Assembly: GCA_003559395.1 (NCBI GenBank)
Contig: PWLL01000099.1
Coordinates: 1 to 12,160 of the forward strand
DNA length: 12,160 nt
Direction of reading: 5' to 3'
Source of the DNA: Candidatus Iainarchaeum sp.
Lineage (GTDB): Archaea > Iainarchaeota > Iainarchaeia > Iainarchaeales > CSSED10-239
In this document: piece by piece, positions 1 through 9,004 of the stretch
How positions within the stretch are numbered: the first letter of the stretch is position 1
How the letters are laid out: every line of letters begins with the position of its first letter
Program-made: the position numbers and the translations under genes
Notes under the pieces: model-generated
What the model saw: the letters and a program-made list of their open reading frames with translations, nothing else
Told to the model about the DNA's origin: nothing
Databases searched by the model: none

Positions 1-747
1 AAATATAACCACATAACAGAAGGACTACCAGATATAGAAAAAATGAATGAATACTATATGCTTATGGCAAAAAACATAGTTTCTATAAACGATCTAGAAA
101 AATACAAAAACCACTATAAAAAAACAATCGAAATTATAAACAAACTATCAGAAAGATACAAAAAACAAATAATAAAAGAAAAAAAAAAAGAAAACATAAA
201 AAAACTTAAAAAAGAATATTTTGGAAGAGTCTTTTCTGCAATTAAAAAACTAGACTCAACAAATGAAGAACTTCTAAAAATAAAAAAAGAGTTTAATAAG
301 ATTCCTAAACCAAATAAAGAACAACATACACTTGTGCTTGTTGGTTTGCCAAACTCAGGAAAAACAACAGTCTTAACAAAAATAACCTCAGCAAACCCAG
401 AAATAAACACATATATGTTTACAACAAAATCTTTAAATTTTGGATACTATAAAATAAGAGAAGAAATAATACAAGTAGTTGATACTCCAGGACTGATTCA
501 TACAGAATTTGAAAACATGAACCTTATTGAAAAAAAAGCAGTTGTTGCTATAAAAGCACTCGCAGACGTACTTGTGTTTGTATATAATAACCAACTAGAT
601 GAAAAAAAACAAAAAGAAATCTATCATTCTATTAAAAAAAACAATCCTGACAAAAAACTTGTTATTTTTGAAAATATTGGAAAAATAACTTCAGATTATA
701 AAGAAAAAACAATAACAACAAAAGATATAAAAAACAACAAAATTTAA
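1..747 (+). CDS. NOG1/Obg-class P-loop GTP-binding protein (5' end probably lies outside the window)
   Basis: The reading frame is open from nt 1 (KYNHITEGLPDIEK precedes the first ATG at 43). G1 P-loop GLPNSGKT at 343-366, G2-like FTTK, G3 DTPG, then NLIEKKAVVAIKAL, which resembles the NOG1 signature (N-x-I-E-x-x-A-x-x-AL). Only about 117 aa lie upstream of G1 in the window. I recall NOG1 N-terminal domains as longer, so the gene is likely truncated by the window edge. Confidence 0.7.
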   Translation, partial: KYNHITEGLPDIEKMNEYYMLMAKNIVSINDLEKYKNHYKKTIEIINKLSERYKKQIIKEKKKENIKKLKKEYFGRVFSAIKKLDSTNEELLKIKKEFNKIPKPNKEQHTLVLVGLPNSGKTTVLTKITSANPEINTYMFTTKSLNFGYYKIREEIIQVVDTPGLIHTEFENMNLIEKKAVVAIKALADVLVFVYNNQLDEKKQKEIYHSIKKNNPDKKLVIFENIGKITSDYKEKTITTKDIKNNKI

Positions 748-769
748 AATAGGTTTTAACTATAATATA

Positions 770-777
770 TTATATAA
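770..777 (+). promoter_or_regulatory. Candidate archaeal TATA box (TTATATAA) for the UPF0147-polD transcription unit
   Basis: It sits in the 63-nt gap between the GTPase stop (747) and ATG 811. With the TATA centred near 773, the TSS would fall near 799, just upstream of the GTGAT SD-like motif. AT-rich background makes chance TATA-like strings common. Confidence 0.3.
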
Positions 778-800
778 CTTTTCTTTTTTTTACATAAAAA

Positions 801-805
801 GTGAT
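801..805 (+). promoter_or_regulatory. Shine-Dalgarno-like GTGAT, 5 nt upstream of ATG 811
   Basis: GTGAT is complementary to the GAUCAC part of the conserved 16S rRNA 3' end (GAUCACCUCC). The same motif precedes the grpE ATG at 9541. Confidence 0.35.
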
Positions 806-810
806 AACCT

Positions 811-1071
811 ATGAAAAATGAAAAAATGTTAAAAGAAATAATAGAAGAAATCGAATTTTTGAACGAAGATACAGCAATTCCTAAAAACGTAAGACAAATA
901 ATCAACACAATAGAAGAAAGACTTAACAAAAAAAGCGATGTTGTTGTTTTGTCAAGCATACTATATGAACTAGAAGACTCAACCAACGGAACTAATATGC
1001 CACAATTCTGCAGAAGTGCAGTCTGGTCGTTAATAAACAAACTTGAATGTTTTAAAGAAAGTTTGAAGTAA
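811..1071 (+). CDS. Small conserved archaeal protein, UPF0147-like
   Basis: 86-aa helical protein. LNEDTAIPKNVRQIINTIEERL and EDSTNGTNMPQFCRSAVWSLINKLE resemble the two recalled signatures of the UPF0147 family (ND-x-S-V-P-R-N-I-R and DPNMP-x-H-x-R-T-x-I-W...LE). An in-frame alternative ATG lies at 826. Confidence 0.6.
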   Translation: MKNEKMLKEIIEEIEFLNEDTAIPKNVRQIINTIEERLNKKSDVVVLSSILYELEDSTNGTNMPQFCRSAVWSLINKLECFKESLK

Positions 1072-2517
1072 ATGGATTCAAAAATTTTAGAATACGCAAA
1101 GACTAAAAAGATGATTCTTACAGAAGATGCACTAAGATGTTTAAATAGTCATAACTATGAATATGTTATTAATAAACTTTATGAAAAAAACAAAATATTT
1201 GTAAATAACGAAGATATTAAAGAAATTATTAAAAAAGATGAAGAAAAAACAACAGTAGTTGATCTTGATGCCAACTATGAAATACTTGAAAAATACGACG
1301 TAACAAACAAAAACCTATCACAAGGAAAAGTAGAAGACTTTCATTCTCTTTTTTTACACAAATATGAAGTCTTATCAAAAATAATAAAAACAAGAAGCAA
1401 AACAACCTACCATACAATTGCAGAAACACAAAAACTATCCAGAAATAAAGAAGTTGATCTCGTAGGAATGGTTTTGGATAAAAGAACAACTAAAAACGAA
1501 AATCTTTTTTTTGTTGTAGATGACCCAACAGGAAAAATAAACATAATTGTTAGTAAACAAGATGAAGATTTGTTTAAAGAAGCAAAAGAAGTGCTTTTAG
1601 ATAACGTGGTTGGGTTTAAGTGCGTGGTGTTGTCTAACAACATGTTAATCGCAAAAGAAATTTTGTTTCCAGATATGCCTTATAACAAAAAAGAAAGTTG
1701 TTTAAAAAATGATAAATATCTAGTAGTTTTAGGAGATATACATATTGGAAGTAAATTGTTTTTAGAAAAAGAATTTATGAACTTTATAGATTGGCTAAAT
1801 AAAAAAAATAACGAAGATGCAGAAATTGTAGACAAAATAAAATATGTGGTGATTGCTGGAGACGTTGTGGATGGAATTGGAATATATCCTCAACAATATG
1901 ACGAACTATCAATACCAAACATCTTTGAACAATATAAAAAGTTTGAAGACTATATGTTGATGATACCAAAACACATAGAAATATTTATTACTCCAGGAAA
2001 TCACGACGCAGTTAGAAGAGCAGACCCACAACCTGCGCTTACAGAAAATCTTATACCAAGACTATATAAAGAAAAAAACATACATCTTGTTGGGTCCCCA
2101 ACATATGTTGTTTTTGATGGGTTTAAGACTTTAATTTATCATGGTTATGCAATGCATGGCATTTATAGCACAATAAAAACAGCAAAGATGAATGCACCAG
2201 ACACAGCCATAAAAGAAACCTTAAAAAGAAGAGACCTTATGCCAAGCTACGGAGATAGACAAATATTTGCACCTATTGAGAAAAACTTTCTTGTAATTGA
2301 AGAGCCACCAGACATATTTATTGGTGCAGACGTACATCATCATGCTTATTCAAAATATAAAGACTGTCATATCCTTAACGCATCAACCTGGCAATCAACA
2401 ACAAAGTTTCAAGAATCTTTTGGGCATGTTCCTACTTTGTGTAAAGTATTTTTGTTTAACTTAAAAACACAAAAAACATTTATTAAAGATTTTTATAAAA
2501 AAGAGAAAAATGGATGA
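1072..2517 (+). CDS. polB: DNA polymerase II (PolD) small subunit DP1, Mre11-like phosphoesterase/3'-5' exonuclease
   Basis: 481 aa. N-terminal helical domain, central OB-like region (VDLVGMVLDKR...FFVVDDPTGKINIIV), then calcineurin-like phosphoesterase motifs GDIHIGS, AGDVVDGIGIYP, PGNHD, YHG and GADVHHH. The ATG directly abuts the upstream TAA. The 3' end overlaps DP2 by 8 nt. Confidence 0.93.
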   Translation: MDSKILEYAKTKKMILTEDALRCLNSHNYEYVINKLYEKNKIFVNNEDIKEIIKKDEEKTTVVDLDANYEILEKYDVTNKNLSQGKVEDFHSLFLHKYEVLSKIIKTRSKTTYHTIAETQKLSRNKEVDLVGMVLDKRTTKNENLFFVVDDPTGKINIIVSKQDEDLFKEAKEVLLDNVVGFKCVVLSNNMLIAKEILFPDMPYNKKESCLKNDKYLVVLGDIHIGSKLFLEKEFMNFIDWLNKKNNEDAEIVDKIKYVVIAGDVVDGIGIYPQQYDELSIPNIFEQYKKFEDYMLMIPKHIEIFITPGNHDAVRRADPQPALTENLIPRLYKEKNIHLVGSPTYVVFDGFKTLIYHGYAMHGIYSTIKTAKMNAPDTAIKETLKRRDLMPSYGDRQIFAPIEKNFLVIEEPPDIFIGADVHHHAYSKYKDCHILNASTWQSTTKFQESFGHVPTLCKVFLFNLKTQKTFIKDFYKKEKNG

Positions 2518-5500
2518 AAATAAAATAATCGCAACAGAAGATGTGAAAGAATATTTTAGAGATTTAGAAAAACAAATAAACAACACAGTAAATATTGCAC
2601 AAAAAGCAAGAAAAACAGGCGTAGATATTCATGACGATATTGAAACTTTTCCAGCTGCTGGAATTGCAGAAAAAACAGAAGTTTTAACTGGTCCAAAAGG
2701 TGTTGCAAAAGCATATAATGAACTATGGGATATTCATAAGAACAGAGAAAAAGTAATGCTTGAGATCTTTGATAGAATCTTAGACCAAAAATTAGGAAAT
2801 ATTGAAGATCCAGAAAAAAGACTTGATCAAGCAATAAGAACAGCAATAGTTATTCTAACTGAAGCAGTTGTTGTATCACCATTAGACGGCATACCAGACA
2901 TAAAGATTTCTAGAAACACTGACGGCAGTAAATACGTGGATATCTTTTTTGCAGGACCAATAAGAGCTGCAGGAGGAACTGGACAAACCTGGCCTTTGTT
3001 GTTAGCAGATCTTGCAAGAAAAAAACTAAATCTAGACGTGTATAAGCCATCTAAACAAGAAAAAGATAGAATTGTTGAAGAAATTCTACTTTATCAAGAT
3101 GAAGTCGTGTCAAGACAATTAAAAATAACAGACGATGAGATGAGAGTAATTGCAGAAAATTGTCCTATATGTGTTAATGGTGCACACGACTCTGCAGTTG
3201 AAGTTATAAAAAACAGAGATTTGGATAGGTTTTCTTCAAACAGAATAAGAGAAGCCATGTGTCTTGTTTCAATCGATGGAATGTTTGTAAGAAAAGGAAA
3301 AATATTAAAGATTGCAAGAAAGCTTGGACTAAATTGGGGCTGGCTTGAGCAATTAATAAAAGTTAAAAAAACTTCTGAAAACGTTACAGAAATAAAACCA
3401 AACTTTAAATATCTTGAAGGAGTTGCAGCAGGAAGACCAATATATGGATATCCTTCTAGAGCAGGTGGCTTTAGACTAAGATATGGAAAAGGAAGAAACA
3501 CAGGATTGATGGGAAAAGCCATTCACCCTGCAACAATGTATTTGTTGGATTCTTTTCCGTCTGTGGGGTCACACGCAAAAATAGAGCGTCCAGGAAAAGC
3601 AACGCAACTTTTCCCATGCACCAACATAGATGGCCCAATCGTAAAATTAAAAGACGACTCTGTAATAAAACTACAAGATGTTGAAAAAACAAAAAAACTT
3701 TTAAAAGATATAAAAGAAATCTTGTTTGTTGGAGATGTGCTTATTTCTGTAGGAGATTTTAAAAAATCAGGACATCCGTTAGTAAAAAGTGGGTTTGTTG
3801 AAGAAGAATGGTTGTCAGAAATTAAATATTTATATAAACAAGAAAAACTAGACAAAAAAGAATATGAAAAATGTCTAGAATTTTATAAAAACCCAACCCC
3901 TGAGTGTGCTGTTGATTTGTGTGTTTCTTGTGGGTTGCCTTTGTTTCATAAATACATATTTTATTATGACCTTCTTAATAGAGAAGAACTTATTAACCTA
4001 ATCAAAAGTTTTAGAGAAAGTAATAAAGAATTTGAAGATAAGAAAATAAAATCAGCAACTATTAAAAATAAAAACATAAAAACAATTTTAGAAAAAATAG
4101 GAATGCCACACAAAATAAATATAGAACAAGAAATAATCATAGACGATATTAACGTCTATCCTTTCTTAAAAACAATAGGCACACTAAATGCAAAAGACCC
4201 CTTAGAAGAATTTACTTTTGAAGAAAAAGAAAATGCGTGTGAGATACTAACAAAAATATCTAGACTAGATATTAGAGAAAAATCAGGATCCTATATAGGC
4301 GTAAGAATGGGAAAACCAGAAGCAGCACATCCTAGAGAATTAGCAGGCAAACCAAACATGTTGTTTCCTATTGGTTTAGGTTTTGGAAATAATAGAGATA
4401 TGATAAAAGCAAGTACAAAAAGAAGTGACAACATAAAAAACGGGCACTATGGAATAAACGATGTAGAAATCAAATCTTTTTTGTGTCCTGGTTGTAAAAA
4501 AATACTTTTTCACGCCTATTGTTTTGAGTGTAAACAAAAAACCAAAGAAATAATGCTTTGTTCAAAATGCAAAACACAAACTTATGAAAAAACCTGTGAA
4601 AGATGCGGAGAAGAAACAAAACCAAAAAAAGACTATAAAATAAATCTTGATGACTTGTTAGCAAGAGCTATAAAAAACCTAAAAGTTTCTTTGCCTGATT
4701 CCTTAAAAGCACAAAAAAGTTTAATAAGTAGCACTAAGGCAGCAGAACCTTTAGAAAAAGGAATATTAAGAGCCAGAAACGACGTTTCTGTTTTTAGAGA
4801 TGGAACTTGTAGATATGACGCCCTAGATGCAATTGTTACACAAATAAGTGCAAAAGAACTAAATATTTCTTTAGAAAAATTGAAATCGTTAGGTTATAAA
4901 AAAGATATGCACGGTAAAGAACTAAAAGAAGAAACCCAACTAGTAAACCTTGCACCACAAGATATTATTGTTGATGATGGTTGTGCAGAATATTTCTTTA
5001 AAGTTAGTAAGTTTGTTGATGAGCTTCTTGAAAAGTTTTATGGGCAAGAACCTTTTTACAATCTTAAAAAAAAAGAAGACGTTATTGGACATCTAACAGT
5101 TTGTTTAGCACCACACACTTCTGCAGGAATTGTTGGAAGAATCATTGGTTTTTCTGAAACAAAGCTTTGTTGGACCCACCCTTATTTTGTTACTGCAAAA
5201 AGAAGAAACATCGATGGTGATCAAGACTCTATGATGTTGTTGTTAGATTTATTATTAAACTATTCTGCAAATTATTTAAGTGCTGGTAGAGGAGGACGAA
5301 TGGATGTTGCGTTATCTTTTACAACCACTTTAAACCCCTTAGAGATTGATGATGAAGCCTATGATATGGAAACAGCAACAGAATACCCTTATGAGTTTTA
5401 TAAAGCAGCAAGAGGAAACGAAGATGCAAAAGTAAAAGAACTTACTTTTGTTGAAGACATCTTAAGTACAGACATACAATATAATGCAGTAAGTTTTACA

Positions 5501-5956
5501 CACAACACAGCATGTTTTGATGAAGGACCAAAAAGAAGTTCATATATCACTATAAAAAGCATGACCGACAAAGTTGACAAAATAGCAAAACTGCAAAAAA
5601 GAATAAGAGCTGTTGATGAAAAAGACGCTTTAGAAAGACTTATATTAAGTCACTTTTTTCCAGACATTATAGGCAACACAAGAGCGTTTACTAGACAAAA
5701 GCTAAGATGTATAAAATGTAACGCCAAATACAGACGTATTCCGTTAAGTGGAAAATGTACTTGTGGTGGCAAACTAATCTTAACGATTGCAGAAGGGTCA
5801 ATAAAAAAATATATTGAAATTACAAGAAAAATAATAAAAGACTATGATCTTGCAGACTATCTTTCACAAAGAGTAGATCTTGCAGAAGAAGAGATACTTG
5901 GTTTATTTGTTAACAAAGAAGAAAAAGATCAAAAAAAGTTATGTGACTTTTTTTAA
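2510..5956 (+). CDS. polC: DNA polymerase II (PolD) large catalytic subunit DP2
   Basis: 1148 aa, uninterrupted, with no intein-sized insert. Conserved blocks GRPIYGYPSRAGGFRLRYGKGRNTG, GVRMGKPEAAHPRE and the acidic catalytic block KRRNIDGDQDSMMLLLD. Four CxxC pairs (CPGC, CFEC, CSKC, CERC) at 4484-4606, and a C-terminal zinc motif CIKCNAKYRRIPLSGKCTCGG. Terminal PIP box. Confidence 0.95.
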   Translation: MDENKIIATEDVKEYFRDLEKQINNTVNIAQKARKTGVDIHDDIETFPAAGIAEKTEVLTGPKGVAKAYNELWDIHKNREKVMLEIFDRILDQKLGNIEDPEKRLDQAIRTAIVILTEAVVVSPLDGIPDIKISRNTDGSKYVDIFFAGPIRAAGGTGQTWPLLLADLARKKLNLDVYKPSKQEKDRIVEEILLYQDEVVSRQLKITDDEMRVIAENCPICVNGAHDSAVEVIKNRDLDRFSSNRIREAMCLVSIDGMFVRKGKILKIARKLGLNWGWLEQLIKVKKTSENVTEIKPNFKYLEGVAAGRPIYGYPSRAGGFRLRYGKGRNTGLMGKAIHPATMYLLDSFPSVGSHAKIERPGKATQLFPCTNIDGPIVKLKDDSVIKLQDVEKTKKLLKDIKEILFVGDVLISVGDFKKSGHPLVKSGFVEEEWLSEIKYLYKQEKLDKKEYEKCLEFYKNPTPECAVDLCVSCGLPLFHKYIFYYDLLNREELINLIKSFRESNKEFEDKKIKSATIKNKNIKTILEKIGMPHKINIEQEIIIDDINVYPFLKTIGTLNAKDPLEEFTFEEKENACEILTKISRLDIREKSGSYIGVRMGKPEAAHPRELAGKPNMLFPIGLGFGNNRDMIKASTKRSDNIKNGHYGINDVEIKSFLCPGCKKILFHAYCFECKQKTKEIMLCSKCKTQTYEKTCERCGEETKPKKDYKINLDDLLARAIKNLKVSLPDSLKAQKSLISSTKAAEPLEKGILRARNDVSVFRDGTCRYDALDAIVTQISAKELNISLEKLKSLGYKKDMHGKELKEETQLVNLAPQDIIVDDGCAEYFFKVSKFVDELLEKFYGQEPFYNLKKKEDVIGHLTVCLAPHTSAGIVGRIIGFSETKLCWTHPYFVTAKRRNIDGDQDSMMLLLDLLLNYSANYLSAGRGGRMDVALSFTTTLNPLEIDDEAYDMETATEYPYEFYKAARGNEDAKVKELTFVEDILSTDIQYNAVSFTHNTACFDEGPKRSSYITIKSMTDKVDKIAKLQKRIRAVDEKDALERLILSHFFPDIIGNTRAFTRQKLRCIKCNAKYRRIPLSGKCTCGGKLILTIAEGSIKKYIEITRKIIKDYDLADYLSQRVDLAEEEILGLFVNKEEKDQKKLCDFF
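5930..5953 (+). other. Canonical PCNA-interacting peptide (PIP box) QKKLCDFF at the extreme C-terminus of DP2
   Basis: The last eight codons before the TAA read Q-K-K-L-C-D-F-F. This fits Q-x-x-[LIM]-x-x-[FY]-[FYW] exactly. A C-terminal PIP motif on DP2 is known from Thermococcales PolD. Confidence 0.6.
5931..5954. terminator. Candidate bidirectional terminator: inverted repeat AAAAAAAGT / ACTTTTTTT with a 6-nt loop
   Basis: Arms 5931-5939 and 5946-5954 are perfectly complementary (9 bp); the loop is TATGTG. This gives a U7 tract to the polD transcript at its stop codon, and a U7 tract to the dnaJ transcript about 20 nt past its stop. No other non-coding space exists between the convergent genes. 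A7/T7 runs are frequent in this window, so chance is a real alternative. Confidence 0.3.
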
Positions 5957-5957
5957 A

Positions 5958-7106
5958 TTATTCTTTTATATGTTCTTTGTAGTTGTCTAATATCTTTTTC
6001 TTTAGATTTTTTTGTTCGTATTCAGATAGTTGTTTTAATATTTTTTTATATTCTCTTGAAAGCTTATTAGGAACAATGATTTTTACCTTAGCATAAAGAT
6101 CTCCGTGCATTTTTGTTCTAACATTTGTTGCACCTTTACCTTTTATTCTAAAAACAGTTTGTGGCTGTGTTTGTGCGGGGATCTTTAAGTTAACAACATC
6201 ATTTACGCCTTTAATTTTTATAGAAGTTCCTAAAACAAGATCAGAATAAGTTAAAGGAATCTCACAATAAAGATCTGAGCCATCTCTTTTGAAAAAATCA
6301 TGTAGTCTTACAACAATGTGTAGATATAAACTTCCTTTTCTGTTTCCTTGTCTATTACCAAGGCCCTCTAACCTAATAACATCATTATTATCAACACCAG
6401 CAGGAATATCAACGTTGATGCTTGATTTTTTATGAACATATCCTCTACCGTTACAAAATGGACATGGGTCATCAACTATTTCACCACTACCGCCACATTT
6501 AGAACAAGTCTTTTGAACAGAAAAAATACCAAAAGGTGTTTTCTTTGAACTTATGGTTTGTCCTTTTCCTCCGCAATCAGAACAAGTGCTTTTTTTTTGT
6601 GATTTTGAACCTGTTCCTGAACAATAGTCACAATCAACATCTCTATGAAGATTTATTTCTTGTTTGCCTCCTTTTAAAGAAGTCATAAAATCAATTTCTA
6701 AAGAATATTTAAGATCTAAATTTTTAGAAAACCCACTTTGTCTTTTAAAACCACTATTTCCAAAACCCCTTGAAAATCCAGAAAAATCATCATCCACAAA
6801 ACTAGAAAAGATATCTGAAAAATCAAAACCAAAACCACTACTTCCAAAACCACTCGAAAACCCAGAAGGTCCTTGTCTTCCTTGACCAAAGCCTTCTGCA
6901 GATCCATAAGTATCATATTGTTGTCTTTTTTGTGTATCTGAAAGAACAGTATATGCTTCATTTATTTTCTTAAGATGTTCTTCTGCATCTTTTTCTTTAG
7001 AGATATCTGGGTGGTATTTTTTTGCAAGTTTTTTATATGCTTTTTTTATTTCTTCTTGTGTTGAGTTTTTTGAAACACCCAGAACATCATAGTAGTCTTC
7101 GGCCAT
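5958..7106 (-). CDS. dnaJ: Molecular chaperone DnaJ (type I Hsp40)
   Basis: J domain [31 protein letters not shown] with the HPD tripeptide. G/F-rich linker ([29 protein letters not shown]). Four CxxCxGxG zinc-finger repeats ([32 protein letters not shown]). C-terminal substrate-binding beta domains. Confidence 0.95.
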   Translation of the reverse strand: MAEDYYDVLGVSKNSTQEEIKKAYKKLAKKYHPDISKEKDAEEHLKKINEAYTVLSDTQKRQQYDTYGSAEGFGQGRQGPSGFSSGFGSSGFGFDFSDIFSSFVDDDFSGFSRGFGNSGFKRQSGFSKNLDLKYSLEIDFMTSLKGGKQEINLHRDVDCDYCSGTGSKSQKKSTCSDCGGKGQTISSKKTPFGIFSVQKTCSKCGGSGEIVDDPCPFCNGRGYVHKKSSINVDIPAGVDNNDVIRLEGLGNRQGNRKGSLYLHIVVRLHDFFKRDGSDLYCEIPLTYSDLVLGTSIKIKGVNDVVNLKIPAQTQPQTVFRIKGKGATNVRTKMHGDLYAKVKIIVPNKLSREYKKILKQLSEYEQKNLKKKILDNYKEHIKE

Positions 7107-7124
7107 ATATATCAGGTTTAGTTA

Positions 7125-9002
7125 TTATTTTTTTTCTTTTGGATCTTTATCTTTAGAATTGTCATCTTTATCTTTAGATTCTTTATCTTCATCTACTGTA
7201 TAATCTGCATCAACTGTTTGATCATCTTCTTTTTTATCATCCTTTTTTTCTTGTTGTTGTTCTTGTTGTTGATTTTGTGCTTGTTGATATATTTTTTGTG
7301 AAATCTCATAGATCTTTTGTTGCAATTTCTCTGTTTTTTCTTTTAGATCATCTTTATTTTCTTTAACAGATGTTTCTAGATCTTCTTTTAATTTCTTTAT
7401 ATCTTCTTTTTCTTTATCATCTATCTTATCTTTTTCTTCTCTTAAAAGTTTATCTACAGAATAGATTAAAGCTTCAGCTTGGTTTTTTTGCTCAATAGAA
7501 TCTTTTACTTTTTTATCTTCTTCTTCGTGCATTTCTGCATCCTTTTTCATTTTTTCAATATCTTCTTTTGAAAGATTTTCTGAAGAAGTAATCTTTATTT
7601 CTTGAGACTTACCTGTACCAAGATCTTTTGCAGAAACATGTATTATTCCGTTAGCATCAATATTAAATGTCACTTCAATTTGAGGAACTCCTCTTGGTGC
7701 AGGAGGCAAGCCAGTTAATTGAAATCGTCCTAAAGTAAGGTTATCTTTTGCAAGTGGTCTTTCACCCTGTAACACATGAATATCCACAGCACTTTGGTTG
7801 TCTGCAGCAGTAGAAAACACCTGTGATTTTTTTGTAGGCACAGTTGTGTTTCTATCAATAAGTTTTGTAAAAACACCACCTAACGTTTCAATTCCTAAAG
7901 ACAAAGGAGTAACATCTAACAACAAAACATCTTTTATATCTCCTTCAAGAACCGCTCCTTGAACAGCAGCTCCAATAGCAACAACTTCATCAGGATTTAT
8001 AGATTTGTTTGGTTTTTTGCGTGTATGTTTTTCTACAATCTCTTGAACTTTTGGAATTCTTGTAGACCCGCCAACAAGCAAAACTTCGTCAATATCTTTA
8101 AGATCTATCTTTGAGTCTTCTATCGCTTGTTTTAAAGGACCTTCTAATTTTTTAAAAACATCTTCACAAATTTCTTCAAACTTAGCTCTTGTAAGTTCTA
8201 CATTAAGATGTTTTGGGCCGTCTGCTGTTGCAGTTACATAAGGAATACTAATTGTTGTTTTTAAAGTGCTTGACAATTCAATTTTTGCTTTTTCAGCTTC
8301 GTCTTTTAGTCTTTGTAAAGCCATTTTGTCTTTTTTAAGATCAATTCCTTCTTTTTTCTTAAACTCTTCAGCAAGGAAATTAATTATTTTTTGATCAATA
8401 TCGTCTCCACCTAGTTGGTTATCACCAGAAGTTGCTTTTACTTCAAAAACATCATCCGACAACTCCAGAATAGAAACATCAAATGTCCCTCCACCAAAGT
8501 CAAAAACAAGGATATTGTGGTCATGTTTTTTATCTACACCATATGCTAAAGCCGCAGCCGTTGGCTCATTAATGATTCTTAAAACATTTAGTCCTGCAAT
8601 TTCTCCAGCAGCCTTTGTTGCTTTTCTTTGTGCGTCTGAAAAATACGCTGGCACAGTAATCACAGCTTTAGTTATTTTTTCTCCTAAACTCTCTTCTGCA
8701 TCTTTTTTTAATTTTTGTAAAATAAAAGCAGAAATTTGTTCTGGAGTATATTCTTTTTCTTTTAGTTTTTCTTTATGGCTTGTGCCCATATGTCTTTTTA
8801 TAGAATATATTGTGTTGTCTGTGTTAACTACTGCTTGTCTTTTTGCTAACGCACCAACAATAATTTGGTTATCTGACAAACCAACCACAGAAGGGGTTGT
8901 TCTTGCGCCCTCATTATTTATTAACACCTTTGGTTTTCCGGCTTCAACAATAGCCATTGCTGAATTTGTTGTGCCTAAATCAATTCCTAAAACTTTCACC
9001 AT
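7125..9002 (-). CDS. dnaK: Molecular chaperone DnaK (Hsp70)
   Basis: Hsp70 signatures [53 protein letters not shown] and [14 protein letters not shown]-rich then K/D-rich acidic-basic tail containing [11 protein letters not shown]. Confidence 0.97.
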   Translation of the reverse strand: MVKVLGIDLGTTNSAMAIVEAGKPKVLINNEGARTTPSVVGLSDNQIIVGALAKRQAVVNTDNTIYSIKRHMGTSHKEKLKEKEYTPEQISAFILQKLKKDAEESLGEKITKAVITVPAYFSDAQRKATKAAGEIAGLNVLRIINEPTAAALAYGVDKKHDHNILVFDFGGGTFDVSILELSDDVFEVKATSGDNQLGGDDIDQKIINFLAEEFKKKEGIDLKKDKMALQRLKDEAEKAKIELSSTLKTTISIPYVTATADGPKHLNVELTRAKFEEICEDVFKKLEGPLKQAIEDSKIDLKDIDEVLLVGGSTRIPKVQEIVEKHTRKKPNKSINPDEVVAIGAAVQGAVLEGDIKDVLLLDVTPLSLGIETLGGVFTKLIDRNTTVPTKKSQVFSTAADNQSAVDIHVLQGERPLAKDNLTLGRFQLTGLPPAPRGVPQIEVTFNIDANGIIHVSAKDLGTGKSQEIKITSSENLSKEDIEKMKKDAEMHEEEDKKVKDSIEQKNQAEALIYSVDKLLREEKDKIDDKEKEDIKKLKEDLETSVKENKDDLKEKTEKLQQKIYEISQKIYQQAQNQQQEQQQEKKDDKKEDDQTVDADYTVDEDKESKDKDDNSKDKDPKEKK

Positions 9003-9004
9003 AT

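Noticed and set aside
179-189. A11 homopolymer within the GTPase coding region, considered as a possible slippage or phase-variation site
   Set aside because: It encodes part of a lysine run (KEKKKE). Long A-runs are frequent throughout this AT-rich window. The frame remains open on both sides, so there is no sign of frameshifting.
761-774. Perfect 14-bp palindrome TATAATATATTATA upstream of the UPF0147 gene
   Set aside because: It consists only of A/T, overlaps the TATA-box candidate, and is expected by chance in this composition. There is no independent support for a regulator site.
114-5580. Multiple minus-strand ORFs of 60-142 aa (114-410, 756-1040, 1229-1489, 1407-1643, 1784-1969, 2556-2846, 3094-3522, 3471-3692, 3523-3855, 4470-4664, 5398-5580)
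   Set aside because: All are nested antisense to well-supported plus-strand genes. Their F/L/S-rich translations are what A-rich coding strands give when read in reverse. None has a motif or start-site context.
2510-5956. Checked DP2 for inteins or large insertions
   Set aside because: The length (1148 aa) and contiguous conserved blocks leave no room for an intein. No Hint/homing-endonuclease motifs were seen.
5900-6000. Abrupt switch from A-rich to T-rich plus strand at about 5957, considered as a replication skew inflection
   Set aside because: It coincides exactly with the change in coding strand, since all coding strands here are A-rich. It therefore reflects gene orientation, not origin or terminus skew.
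6664-6961. ORFs 6664-6885 (+) and 6716-6961 (-) inside dnaJ
   Set aside because: They fall within the repetitive G/F-linker coding region of dnaJ. The repeats keep alternative frames open by chance.
7143-7178. 15-nt direct repeat ATCTTTATCTTTAGA, two copies 21 nt apart, at the dnaK 3' end
   Set aside because: It encodes a duplicated SKDKD heptad-length unit in the low-complexity charged DnaK tail. This is ordinary in-frame microsatellite-like expansion, not a mobile or regulatory repeat.
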